DNA of 64,000 nucleotides from Alkalispirochaeta sp. (lineage in GTDB: Bacteria > Spirochaetota > Spirochaetia > DSM-27196 > Alkalispirochaetaceae): contig OZ271854.1 of the NCBI GenBank assembly GCA_965601925.1, positions 1,120,001-1,184,000 on the forward strand, in the 5' to 3' direction. The notes beneath the pieces were generated by a model. The model was given only the letters and a program-made list of their open reading frames with translations. It had not been told where the DNA came from and did not search any database. This document shows, one piece after another, positions 19,878-29,525 of the stretch. How positions within the stretch are numbered: position 1 is the stretch's first letter; each line of letters starts with the position of its first letter. Position numbers and translations under genes: made by a program.

Positions 19878-20990
19878 ATGGAAAGAGGAACAATGGAATC
19901 GATCGGAGGAGCAATCGCCCCCGGTTCAGATAGAGCGCAACCCGGACGAATACTCTACCTCGATCTCGCCCGAGGGCTGGCGGTACTTTTCATGGTGCTT
20001 CAGCACGTGCAAATCGTCTACGGCCGCGGCGGCGGCGAGGAGACCCTCATCGGCGTCGCATCGCTTCTCTTGGGTACCGCTCCGGCGGCGCCGGTCTTCA
20101 TGCTTATCATGGGCCTCTTCTTTGCCAACTCCCGGCGCGCGGGGCTGCGAACCGGCGTGGTCCGAGGCGTCAGGCTCTTCCTTTTCGGCTACCTACTCAA
20201 CGTCCTCCGCTTTACCCTTCCCGGCCTGGTCACCGGGGGACGCGGCGGGATTTATGAGGAGTGGGGAACTCCGTGGGAGCTCTTTCTCTCGGTGGACATC
20301 TTCCATCTGGCAGGTCTCTCCCTTATCGGCCTGGGAGTGGTTAAACGCTTCCTCCCGTGGCGATGGGCACGTATGGCGCTTGCCGTAGCCATTCTGGTCG
20401 CTTCCCCGTTTCTTTGGGGCGCCGGCGGCGATTCGATTTTACTCTCGTCTCTCTGGGGCGTCTGGGAGAACGTCTACTTCCCCCTCTTTCCGTGGTTCGT
20501 CTATCCCGTCTGTGGAATGATTCTGGCCGATTTTCTGCCCGGAAAGATAGGAGACACCGGTGGGACCGGCGACGGAGCGCGAGTCCGCTTGCTTCGCAGA
20601 TGGGGATGGGCGCTCCTCGGCGTCGGCCTGCTCTCGCTCCTGCTGCCGGACCGGGGCGTCTTTGTGATCGGCGACTACTTTCGAAGCGGTGCCGGAGTGC
20701 ACGTCGCTATCCTCGGCTTTGTGCTGCTCTGGCTTCTCCTCTGCAGGCGAATCGCTCGGCAAGCCCCGACGGCGGCTCCACTGCGACTTGCCTACTCTTG
20801 GAGCCGGTGGGTCACCGAAATCTACACCGCTCAGTGGGTCATTATCGGTTGGGGCGCCCTCGTAATCGGCTATGCGACCTTGCCGGAACAGGTCGCCTTC
20901 GTCGTAGGATTGGTAATACTGGCGATGAGTCACGGCCTCGCCATCGGCTACGGGGCCGTACGGGGTCGCTTGCGAAGGACCACCGTGTAA
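19878..20990 (+). CDS. HGSNAT/DUF1624-family membrane acyltransferase-like protein
   Basis: RILYLDLARGLAVLFMVLQH, APVFM, DIFHLAG, YFPLFPW motifs; about 10 TM. Confidence 0.82.
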   Translation: MERGTMESIGGAIAPGSDRAQPGRILYLDLARGLAVLFMVLQHVQIVYGRGGGEETLIGVASLLLGTAPAAPVFMLIMGLFFANSRRAGLRTGVVRGVRLFLFGYLLNVLRFTLPGLVTGGRGGIYEEWGTPWELFLSVDIFHLAGLSLIGLGVVKRFLPWRWARMALAVAILVASPFLWGAGGDSILLSSLWGVWENVYFPLFPWFVYPVCGMILADFLPGKIGDTGGTGDGARVRLLRRWGWALLGVGLLSLLLPDRGVFVIGDYFRSGAGVHVAILGFVLLWLLLCRRIARQAPTAAPLRLAYSWSRWVTEIYTAQWVIIGWGALVIGYATLPEQVAFVVGLVILAMSHGLAIGYGAVRGRLRRTTV

Positions 20991-21724
20991 TGAACCGCTT
21001 CCACCTCCTCTTGGCGGCGCCCCTCTTCTGCTCCGTTTTGACGCTCTCCGTCGCCGAGCCGCCGGCCACTGCAGCTCCGGAGACTGCGGTTGCCCCTCTC
21101 TGGCGGCTCGCGGTGGCGATCGCAGAAGAGAATCGATTCTGGGTACCCGGGGAGATTCACACGCTAACCGAGGAGGCGGGGCGCCGGGGCACTACGGACA
21201 CCGCCACGGAGTTCGTAACCCGGCTGCTTCTTTTGGAAGACGGCGACATTCGGGAGGAGACCTTTCGAATCGTCGACAGCCGCGAGGTACCCTACGTCGA
21301 AGAGCACGGCGAGGAGGATTGGACAGGCGAGCCGTGGGAAGGCGTCGATTTTTGGAATCCGACCGTTCAGGAGCGGATCGAGGTCACCGGCGTCGGCGAT
21401 ATCACCACAGTGGTAGGGAGGCGCTGCCTTCCCCACGCATTTGTCTACCGCAACGAGGAAGAGGGGTTCACGATGCGCGGCACCGCCTGGCTCGATGAGA
21501 CCACCGGCACGCCGACTCTTGCGGAGTATACCGACGAGCCGCTCCCCCGGGGTGTCTCCGAGATGAGTACCGTCGTCACCTACTACGCCGCACGCGACGC
21601 GTGGTATCCCCGATCGGTGACGGTCGAAGGTGTCGCCCAGGTGCTTTTCATCAAGAGAGACTTCCGCATCGAAATGAACTTCCGCGACTACTGGGAGTAT
21701 CCGACCGGGGGCGACGCGCGGTAG
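20990..21724 (+). CDS. Exported hypothetical protein, possibly LolA/LppX-like fold
   Basis: Signal peptide MNRFHLLLAAPLFCSVLTLSVA; GRRC...GTAWLDETTGTP motif; TAATG coupling. Confidence 0.6.
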   Translation: MNRFHLLLAAPLFCSVLTLSVAEPPATAAPETAVAPLWRLAVAIAEENRFWVPGEIHTLTEEAGRRGTTDTATEFVTRLLLLEDGDIREETFRIVDSREVPYVEEHGEEDWTGEPWEGVDFWNPTVQERIEVTGVGDITTVVGRRCLPHAFVYRNEEEGFTMRGTAWLDETTGTPTLAEYTDEPLPRGVSEMSTVVTYYAARDAWYPRSVTVEGVAQVLFIKRDFRIEMNFRDYWEYPTGGDAR

Positions 21725-21752
21725 CGGCGACCGATGCGTCGACGTCGCCGGC

Positions 21753-21781
21753 CGAGGGCGAGGGCGAGGGCGAGGGCGAGG
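21753..21781. repeat. Hexamer microsatellite (CGAGGG) x about 4.8
   Basis: cgagggcgagggcgagggcgagggcgagg in intergenic DNA. Confidence 0.9.
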
Positions 21782-21875
21782 CACGCGAACGGCCGTCCAT
21801 TCGGTGTGAAAAAAGCAACTTTTGCATGGTCCGGGACGGCATGAGCCGGTACGATACCATATTGGAGGCGTCCAC

Positions 21876-22373
21876 GTGAGCAAATACAACACCAAACAGG
21901 AGCTTGTCGACGACATCGTCAAGGAGCGAGCCAAACTCGATACTCTGCTGACGGCTATCCCGGAGAGCCGCAAAACCGATGAGGTGACTGACGGAATGAG
22001 CGTGAAAGACTTTCTCGCCCATCGGACCGAATGGGGTCGCATGATGATTCGTTGGTACACCAAGGCCAAAGGGGGAGTCACACCGGCCGTTCCGTCGGAA
22101 AAGTACAAGTGGAATCAACTCAAGGGACTCAACGCCGAGATCTACGAGCAATTCAAAGACGTGCCGCTCGAAGAGATAACGGAACAGTACAACGCGGTAC
22201 ACGACGAGCTCTTTGCACTGATTCAGACGACCACGGACGAGGAGCTATTCTCCAAGAAGTACTACGCGTTTACCGGCACCTCGGATTTGGCGTCCTACTT
22301 CAACTCGGCAACCGTAGCGCATTACAGGTCTGCGGCAAAGTACATCCGCGCATGGTGGAAAACTCAGACGTAG
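21876..22373 (+). CDS. ClbS/DfsB family four-helix-bundle protein (DUF1706)
   Basis: KDFLAH--EW, P---YKWNQL--LN--IY, T-AHY--A-K-IR-W; GGAGG RBS before GTG. Confidence 0.85.
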   Translation: MSKYNTKQELVDDIVKERAKLDTLLTAIPESRKTDEVTDGMSVKDFLAHRTEWGRMMIRWYTKAKGGVTPAVPSEKYKWNQLKGLNAEIYEQFKDVPLEEITEQYNAVHDELFALIQTTTDEELFSKKYYAFTGTSDLASYFNSATVAHYRSAAKYIRAWWKTQT

Positions 22374-22573
22374 TCGACGGTCGACGCCGGGGTGGGACCG
22401 GGTGCGAGGCGGTAGCGAGCCTCGCCTACGATCGAAGTTTTTGAACGCGCTGCACGGCGCTACGCGCCTCGAGCGCTCTCCCGCTCAGACGGCGAGTGTA
22501 GCTCGCCTCGAAGCAGCTCTCCGCACGACTCCCGGCGTGCCGGCGAGGTGACGGTGACGGCCTCGCCCGCCGC

Positions 22574-23893
22574 TTATCCGGCCGCCGCGTCCGGCCGGCC
22601 GTCTTCGGCGTAGTACGTCGATAATCTACCGTACGCGCGTGAACGCATCGCCCCCAGCGTCACCACCAACCCTATCGCGCCCGCTACGATGAAGATTAAC
22701 GCCATCCCCCGTACGGGCCCGGTACCGAACCAGGGGCCGATCGAGTCCGCTCCGAAACCGGTGGTCATGAACGGAATCACCCAAAACTCGGCGACGGGCC
22801 CGATCAAAAAAGCCGTTATCGGCGAGGCGGCGGTCTCCACCGCCTGGGCAAACCCGAAGACGCGGCCCTGCACCTCAAACGGGACGACCTTCTGGATGAT
22901 CGTCTGTTCCGCCGCCTCGACCGCCGGGATGAGGCACATGTAGATAAGGAAACCGACGATGAGCAGCGGGATCGACGAGCGAATCGGGAAGAGTATCGTA
23001 ACGACCCACAGAACGATGTTCGAAACAAAGAGTACGCGTAGCGGAGAGCTCCCCAAACCGCGCCGTGCGACGACCAGCCCACCGACGATGAACCCGAAGC
23101 TCAGCGCGCCCCATATGATTCCCCACGCCTCGACGGTGACCAGCTCCAATCCGTACGGATCGACGAGGGACATGAAGATGCCGCCGAGAAAGTTATTGAA
23201 GGTCGAGAAGAAGATGAGACCGAAGAGTCCGGGCACGACGGCGATCGCCGCTGCCGCTCCTCTCACGTCGATCGCCGGCTCCTTCACCACGGACTCACGC
23301 TTCGGGGTATTCTCAGGTATAGAAACGGTCAACAGGTGAACGAACGCCGCCGCGATGAAGGCGACCGAGATGCCGAGAGCCCACAGCATGCCGAGGCGCC
23401 CGACGACCAAACCGCTGAAGACGGAGGTCACCGCAAAGGATACACCGTTTGCCGTACCGATGAGACCGTTGGCCCGGTCGTGCTCCGGCTCGGGAACCAA
23501 AAGCGTCACACAGGTCGATAGGGCGATCATACGCATGTTTCCGACGACCGCGCCGCATAAGATGATGACCACAAAGATCCAGAAACGGGGGCTTGCAAGC
23601 ACAAGAATGCTTCCCTCGGGGGAGACGAGAAACAGGAGCGTCGCCGCGCCGAACGCCGCGCAGGAGACGAGACTTGCGACGAGCATGACGAACTTCTTTT
23701 TGTGTCGATCGACAAAGGTACCGAAGACGAGGCCGGAGGCGGCGGATAACAACATAAACGAACCGCCGATGATCGACGTCGCCAGAACCGATCTGGTCTC
23801 CAAATACGCCCAGAAGGTGACGGCAAACCACAGAAAGTTCGTCGTGACGCTCGCGATTCCGGTGTTGATGAGGAGCCTATAGAACGGTTTCAC
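22574..23893 (-). CDS. MFS transporter (DHA3-like efflux), copy 1
   Basis: 12 TM; GTFVDRHKKK, QGRVFGFAQAVE; paralog at 40907-42244. Confidence 0.92.
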   Translation of the reverse strand: MKPFYRLLINTGIASVTTNFLWFAVTFWAYLETRSVLATSIIGGSFMLLSAASGLVFGTFVDRHKKKFVMLVASLVSCAAFGAATLLFLVSPEGSILVLASPRFWIFVVIILCGAVVGNMRMIALSTCVTLLVPEPEHDRANGLIGTANGVSFAVTSVFSGLVVGRLGMLWALGISVAFIAAAFVHLLTVSIPENTPKRESVVKEPAIDVRGAAAAIAVVPGLFGLIFFSTFNNFLGGIFMSLVDPYGLELVTVEAWGIIWGALSFGFIVGGLVVARRGLGSSPLRVLFVSNIVLWVVTILFPIRSSIPLLIVGFLIYMCLIPAVEAAEQTIIQKVVPFEVQGRVFGFAQAVETAASPITAFLIGPVAEFWVIPFMTTGFGADSIGPWFGTGPVRGMALIFIVAGAIGLVVTLGAMRSRAYGRLSTYYAEDGRPDAAAG

Positions 23894-23902
23894 GATCTCT
23901 CC

Positions 23903-24739
23903 TTAGTCGACGAACGCCGCACGGTGCTCCCACACCCATTGGGCGAATGTCCGAGCGGGTTTACCGGTAACCTCTTCTACCGTCGAGAGCACGACGTCCC
24001 CGGGGATCGGCGGATTCTCGATCATTGCAAGGAAGAAGTCGATATCCTCCGCGGACCAGCCGCCGCGACTCCACCTCAAGACCATCTCGTCTCGGGAGAG
24101 CTCGACAAACGATATCTCGCGACCGAGCACCTGCTTGAATATACGCACCTTATCGATCGGAGTGAGCGCCTGAGGACCGGTGAGCCGGTACTCGCTCCCA
24201 CCGTGGCCGCTCGAGGTTAGGACCGTCGCAGCGACCGATGCGATATCGGCCTCGTGGACGCACGCACTTTTTCCGTCGGCGAAACCCTCGCGTACCTCGC
24301 CCTCGCGTCTAATCGATTCGGCCCACTCCAACGAGTTGGCCATGAACTCCACGGGCGATAGGTAGGTCCACTCCACGCCGCTCGCCTCGACCGCGAGATC
24401 GAGCGGTGTCTTTTCCACCTCGCCTCGCAGGCGCGTCACCGTGCGTACGCCGGCTCTCTCCGCACATTCCATAATCGCGGGCCCGTTCGCGAGGGGCGCA
24501 TAGCCGTCTCCAAAGCCGATGAGGTGGGCCGCGGCCACTCCGTCAAAGACTCCGGCGATACTGTCCGTGTCGCCGAGGTTGCCTTGGACGACTTCAACCT
24601 CGGCGGGAAGATTCGCTCCGGCGGGGTCGCGTGTGAGAGCCCTGACCCGCCGGCCCGCCGCCAACAAGTAAGCGACAATGTGGCGACCGACCGTACCCGT
24701 GGCGCCGGTCACCAAGACAATCTCTGAATCGCGCTGCAT
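23903..24739 (-). CDS. NmrA-like NAD(P)H-binding protein
   Basis: VLVTGATGTVG, VRALTRDP, LTGPQALT, VTGKPARTFAQW. Confidence 0.9.
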   Translation of the reverse strand: MQRDSEIVLVTGATGTVGRHIVAYLLAAGRRVRALTRDPAGANLPAEVEVVQGNLGDTDSIAGVFDGVAAAHLIGFGDGYAPLANGPAIMECAERAGVRTVTRLRGEVEKTPLDLAVEASGVEWTYLSPVEFMANSLEWAESIRREGEVREGFADGKSACVHEADIASVAATVLTSSGHGGSEYRLTGPQALTPIDKVRIFKQVLGREISFVELSRDEMVLRWSRGGWSAEDIDFFLAMIENPPIPGDVVLSTVEEVTGKPARTFAQWVWEHRAAFVD

Positions 24740-24826
24740 CTGTTCTCCTCCTCACAGAGTCACCACCACGCGCTACCGTGCCCACTCACGCGGCAGGCGC
24801 GCAATCTATGGAGAGAGGATACGGGC

Positions 24827-24860
24827 CAATCAGGACACTATTGGCCCTATATACAAAAAA
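24827..24860. promoter_or_regulatory. Putative WYL/YafY operator, copy A (upstream of nmrA-MFS)
   Basis: CAATCAGGACACTATTGGCCCTATATACAAAAAA; 29/34 identical to 33968-34001. Confidence 0.72.
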
Positions 24861-24934
24861 ACAAATCGGATGCGGTATCCCGAGTCCGGCAGAATCACGA
24901 TCCCTCGGGCATGGACGAACCGTTCCCGAAAGCC

Positions 24935-26137
24935 TCACGGAAAGCGACGTCTCGCCCCCTTCTCGTAGGTAATCTTCTTACAGCCGTTGAAGCGTGCGAA
25001 GGCTTTAAGCTCGACGGCAAACCGATCTTTGAAGTTCTTGTCCCTCCGATACTCTTCGTAGAGGTGCAGGGCGTAGACGCGAAGGATGCCCTCTTTTCGC
25101 TCCGCCCCGGCGTCGACCAATCCGGCGAATCCTCGCCCGTTGACAATAGGCAGGCTGAAGTAGCCGTAGCGTCGTTTCTCGGCCGGCACATAACACTCGA
25201 TTTGGTAGGGAAACCCGAAGAGCTCCTCCAAGAGGCCCCGCTGAATGACAAGTCCATCGAAGGGTGAGAGAATTTTGACTCCGTCGCGATCGTCGGTCGT
25301 CCCGGCATCGCCGGTGACGCGATCGACTTCGGTGAGGAGCTCCGGTCGGCAGTACCACGTCCCCGACCCTTCGATGTCGACGGCGATGATGCGTCCCTCT
25401 TCAACCCCTTCGGCCAGGACCGTGGAGATTTCCTCACGACCGTCGCGATGCTGAAAACGCAGATAGCGGCCGCGGCTCACACCGGTATTCCGTAGACTTA
25501 AATCGATAAGGTATGCCGCCATCTCCTTGTCGCCGGGCATCGTCGTGTCGAGGTCGCCGGGAAGGACATCTTCGGGCAGGGCGTAAACCTTCTGAAAACC
25601 CATTCGTTCTTTCACGACCAGTCGGCCCTGGTGAAACAGGTGTTCGAGGGCGATCTTCGCCGGCTTCCAGTCCCACCAGCCGTTGGATGAATGCCGCTGG
25701 TCGGCGAAGTCTCTGGTCATGAGCGGTCCCTCGGAGCGGATACGATCCATGACTCGGGCTATCTCCGTGCGATTCTCTTCAAACCACTGAAAACCCTTCG
25801 TTCGCATACGCTCCATGCGCGGCAGGCAATAGCGAAAGTTCTTCGTCGGAAGATAGGCGGCGGCGTGGGACCAGTACTCGAAGACCTCACCTCGGGCGAC
25901 CGCGGCGTCCAGATCGGCGGGCCGGTAACCGTCGACGCGACTCCACAGCGAGTGGTGGTGGGCGCGTTCGACACGGGAAATGGTGTCGATTTGAACGTAG
26001 CCGAAGTCCTTCAAGGCCTTCGCGACATCCCGCGCGGGATCGGAGCGAAAGAGATGGGCAAGAATGAGCCGGCGCGCCTCGGCGAGACTGAGGGAGAGGG
26101 GCTGCGGACCCGCCGAGAGGTCGGTTCGGTTCGTCAT
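24935..26137 (-). CDS. ycaQ: YcaQ-family (HTH_42) interstrand-crosslink DNA glycosylase
   Basis: QIDTISRVERAHH (QxD motif), FEYWSHAA, GWWDWKPAK, LSPFD, YQIECYVP--KRRYGYF. Confidence 0.9.
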   Translation of the reverse strand: MTNRTDLSAGPQPLSLSLAEARRLILAHLFRSDPARDVAKALKDFGYVQIDTISRVERAHHHSLWSRVDGYRPADLDAAVARGEVFEYWSHAAAYLPTKNFRYCLPRMERMRTKGFQWFEENRTEIARVMDRIRSEGPLMTRDFADQRHSSNGWWDWKPAKIALEHLFHQGRLVVKERMGFQKVYALPEDVLPGDLDTTMPGDKEMAAYLIDLSLRNTGVSRGRYLRFQHRDGREEISTVLAEGVEEGRIIAVDIEGSGTWYCRPELLTEVDRVTGDAGTTDDRDGVKILSPFDGLVIQRGLLEELFGFPYQIECYVPAEKRRYGYFSLPIVNGRGFAGLVDAGAERKEGILRVYALHLYEEYRRDKNFKDRFAVELKAFARFNGCKKITYEKGARRRFP

Positions 26138-26244
26138 GGATGAAGCATAGGGAAAGGCGGGGCTCCGGACAAGCCGTACGCAGTATTGCGGAGCCCGTCG
26201 ATGGAAGCGCCGAGAGTCACCCGGTTCGGCGTCGGGTGCAACAC

Positions 26245-26976
26245 TCAGCGATGTTGCGCCGATTTCGGCCGGCCGGAGCCGAGGCGGTCGACGAGCCGGT
26301 ACGGCGTCATCGACGAAATACTCTTTACCTCGCGACACATGTGGGCCTGATCGCTGTAGCCGGCGCGTAGGGCAAGATCGGCGTCGGGCCCGCCGCGCCT
26401 CGCCAAGGCGACGAAGGCGCGAAATCTGGCGATTCGGACGAAGTCGAGGGGCGTGACTCCCGTTACACGCCGAACTCTTCGCTCGAGGGTGCGAAGGGAC
26501 AGTCCGAACAGTCCGGCGTTTCGGGCGATTTCATCGCGGTGCGGCCGCTTCTCAAGACTGCGCATCACTCGGTCCAGCAGGGGATCGTAGTGCTCCGTGA
26601 GACGGGAGGGAAGCTCGTCGCCGGCGTACACGACGCCGCGACGCCGTCCCTCCACGAGACGATCCACCAGAGCCGTCGTCAATCGATCGGAGGCGAGAAT
26701 ATCGTGAGCGGCCGTGCAGGTGGCGGCGCTGAACTGCACACCGAGAAAGAGCTCATTCCGCTCGACACGTACTTCATAACTCACCAGATCGAACCCCGTG
26801 TAGACCGTACGAAGCACATCGCGACTCCGTCGATCGATCACGACGAGGATATCGGCCCTCGCGTCGGGCACGACCAAGTGGTGCGTCGACTCCTGGGAAG
26901 AGGGGGCGGCGCGCCACATCGTTATGCCGAATCTCGGATCGACGTCGTGCTTCACCGTTGAAAACGCCAGGGCCAT
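26245..26976 (-). CDS. AraC-family transcriptional regulator
   Basis: VVPDARAD N-terminal domain; LSLRTLERR---VTGVTP, ALRAGYSDQAHMCRE. Confidence 0.85.
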   Translation of the reverse strand: MALAFSTVKHDVDPRFGITMWRAAPSSQESTHHLVVPDARADILVVIDRRSRDVLRTVYTGFDLVSYEVRVERNELFLGVQFSAATCTAAHDILASDRLTTALVDRLVEGRRRGVVYAGDELPSRLTEHYDPLLDRVMRSLEKRPHRDEIARNAGLFGLSLRTLERRVRRVTGVTPLDFVRIARFRAFVALARRGGPDADLALRAGYSDQAHMCREVKSISSMTPYRLVDRLGSGRPKSAQHR

Positions 26977-27063
26977 ACGAGATTGAATGTCGCCGACGTT
27001 CAATACGTCAAGCGTTCCTTCGGTCACACTCTATCGCAACCATATCGTAGCGGAGGACCTGCA

Positions 27064-27426
27064 ATGTCATCGAACGAATCACCCGACGCATTTCTCGAGT
27101 CTCTATCTATGAGGGCACCGGATATCGCGACCATCGTCGATACTCTTCGCGCCCTCGTGAAGGCCGAACTCGGAACGGGAGTCGAACGCGTCCGTTACGG
27201 AGGACTGATGTTCGGCCGCGAACATATCGGCGTGTTCCCGCGAAAACGTCACGTCACGGTGGAGTTTGGAAACGGCGTCGCTATGAACGACCCGTACAAC
27301 CTCCTCGCGGGAACGGGACGGTCGAGGCGTCACATCGCCGTTGCGACGACGGAGGAGATTGAGACCAAACACCTTGCGGAGTATCTACACGAGTCGCAGC
27401 GCCTCGAATCGGGTGGAGGGCCTTAG
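27064..27426 (+). CDS. DUF1801 domain protein
   Basis: E-V-YGGLMF, IGVF--K-HV-VEF--G---DP--LL-G-G--RRH; GGAGG RBS. Confidence 0.82.
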   Translation: MSSNESPDAFLESLSMRAPDIATIVDTLRALVKAELGTGVERVRYGGLMFGREHIGVFPRKRHVTVEFGNGVAMNDPYNLLAGTGRSRRHIAVATTEEIETKHLAEYLHESQRLESGGGP

Positions 27427-27663
27427 AGCGTCCCTACCGTCACGAAGCGCGTGGGTCCAACCTTGTCGCCAAACTCGAAAGCGAGTTCCTCGGACATCGG
27501 TTTCCGCCTCACGAAGCGGTAGCTCGGTGAATCACGGTCGACAGGATAGAGGGCACCCTCGCGCCGGTCGATATTGTGTCTATTTCGTTCCGCGGTCACG
27601 GCTTGCACGAAAAAGACGCCGCGCCTGTCGAGATACGATGAACTCGAACGACTATATGGCGAG

Positions 27664-29031
27664 ATGATCAACGCAAACATACGAACAACCCTCGCGCCCA
27701 TGGTACGAATGGCCCTACCCATTGCCCTCCAAATGCTTCTGCAAACCCTCCTCAACGTCTTCGATACCGTCATGGTAGGTCGGCTCGGCGAAGTCGCGAT
27801 TGGAGCGATTGCATTGGGGAACCAAGTCTATTTCCTCGTCGTGCTCTTTCTCTTCGGCGTAGGAAGCGGCGCGGCGGTCTTCGCTTCGCAGTACTGGGGC
27901 AACCACGACACGGGGGGTGTGCGTCGTTCCTTGGGGGCGTCACTCCTCTTCGGCCTCGTTGGGTCCGGCTTTGTCGCTCTGGTCGCGATGTTCGTTCCTC
28001 GAGCACTTCTGTCGGTGTTCACGATCGATCGGGCCGTCATTCGCGAGGGGGCACGATATCTGCGTATCGTCGGCCCGAGCTATCTGTTTGCCGCGGTCAC
28101 CATCAGCTACAGCGCCGCCTTACGCAGCGTCGGTAACACGCGACTGCCGATGCGTGCGACGGCGATCTCGATCGTCATTAACGTCGTGGGAAACTATCTA
28201 TTTATTTTCGGAGCCTTCGGGTTTCCGCGACTCGCCGTGGCGGGTGCCGCCGTGGCAACCGTGGTCGCTCGACTCGTCGAAATGCTCATCGTTCTCGGTA
28301 CGGTCTATCGCAACCAAGGACCGGTCGCCGCCCGATTGCACGATCTTCTGTCGTGGAATAGGGCCTTTTTTCGTCACTTTACCGCCCGGGCGGTGCCGGT
28401 CATCGGTAACGATCTGTTCTGGGCCTTAGGGTTTACAATGTACACCGTCGTCTTCGGACGGTTGGGAACGGAGTACCTTGCGGCCTACAATATCTCCGAT
28501 ACTATCGGCCGACTCACGTTGGTCCTGTTTATCGGCACCGCCCAGGCGGCCCAGATCATGATCGGGAATGACGTGGGTGCCGGGCGCCTCGATGACGGGC
28601 GGGAGAAGGCCGGGCTACTACTGAAGGTGATTCCCATCGCTTCGACGCTCGTCGGCCTCATCCTGTTCTTTCCCGTCGCCGCCGTAGTCCCCCAACTCTA
28701 TCGCATAGGCGAACCATCGCGAGCGCTCTTGTCCCAATTCGTCCGTTTTTATGCGCTTCTCATTATTGCGAAGGTTCTCAACATTCATATCATCACCGGC
28801 ATCCTCCGCGGCGGCGCAGATACTCGTGTTGCGTTTCTCATCGACGTCTTGCCGCTTTGGATAGTCGGGGTACCGCTGGCGTTCCTACTGGCGTTTGTGC
28901 TTCCCGTACCACCGCTGTTTACCTACGCAGCGTTCTTCGTCGAGGAGACACTGCGCTGCGCCGTCGGTATTAAACGTGTTACGTCGGGAAAATGGATACA
29001 TGTGATAATCGATTCAATGCCACATCGATAG
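27664..29031 (+). CDS. MATE family efflux transporter
   Basis: DTVMVGRLG, SQYWG, NYLFIFG-FGFP-L-VAGAAVAT, GILRGGADT; 12 TM. Confidence 0.93.
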   Translation: MINANIRTTLAPMVRMALPIALQMLLQTLLNVFDTVMVGRLGEVAIGAIALGNQVYFLVVLFLFGVGSGAAVFASQYWGNHDTGGVRRSLGASLLFGLVGSGFVALVAMFVPRALLSVFTIDRAVIREGARYLRIVGPSYLFAAVTISYSAALRSVGNTRLPMRATAISIVINVVGNYLFIFGAFGFPRLAVAGAAVATVVARLVEMLIVLGTVYRNQGPVAARLHDLLSWNRAFFRHFTARAVPVIGNDLFWALGFTMYTVVFGRLGTEYLAAYNISDTIGRLTLVLFIGTAQAAQIMIGNDVGAGRLDDGREKAGLLLKVIPIASTLVGLILFFPVAAVVPQLYRIGEPSRALLSQFVRFYALLIIAKVLNIHIITGILRGGADTRVAFLIDVLPLWIVGVPLAFLLAFVLPVPPLFTYAAFFVEETLRCAVGIKRVTSGKWIHVIIDSMPHR

Positions 29032-29078
29032 CGTAGGGTGTAACCGAGGCGCGAGACGATACGAGAATATGCCTCCCG

Positions 29079-29105
29079 TGTCGAAATCCGGGGGATGCAG
29101 ACGAC
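29079..29105 (+). promoter_or_regulatory. Candidate ECF42 autoregulated promoter
   Basis: TGTCGA(29079-84)-17bp-CGAC(29102-05) upstream of the YciI gene; resembles the known ECF42 target motif. Confidence 0.6.
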
Positions 29106-29150
29106 TATATGACAACGAAACGATCGTCGAGGTAGAGGAGGAGATGTACG

Positions 29151-29525
29151 ATGAAGTATCTGTGTGCGGTGTTTATCGACGGTGAGAAAATGAAGACACT
29201 CTCGGAGGACGAGAGGCTGGAGCTCGACCGGGGCACTATAGAGCACGATCGCAGTATGGCCGTCCGAGGCAACCTGATTATGGCACACCCGTTGGACGGT
29301 GACTCGGTTACCGTACGAATGCGCGACGGTAAGATGTCGGTCACCGACGGACCGTTTGCCGAGACGCGCGAAGTGCTTGGCGGCTTCGTCATGCTGGAGG
29401 CGGCGGACATGAACGACGCGATTCGGCTGATGAGCGACAACCCGATCACCGAGTTCAGTAGCATCGAAATACATGGAGTTGTCGAGCGCGATATTCACGG
29501 TGTGAACCGGGAGTCGGCGGAGTGA
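29151..29525 (+). CDS. YciI/DGPF family protein
   Basis: VTDGPFAETREVLGGF motif. Confidence 0.93.
   Translation: MKYLCAVFIDGEKMKTLSEDERLELDRGTIEHDRSMAVRGNLIMAHPLDGDSVTVRMRDGKMSVTDGPFAETREVLGGFVMLEAADMNDAIRLMSDNPITEFSSIEIHGVVERDIHGVNRESAE

Noticed and set aside
21753..21781. Microsatellite as a phase-variation switch or CRISPR-like repeat
   Set aside because: Short, intergenic, no spacers, and not within a recognisable promoter spacer
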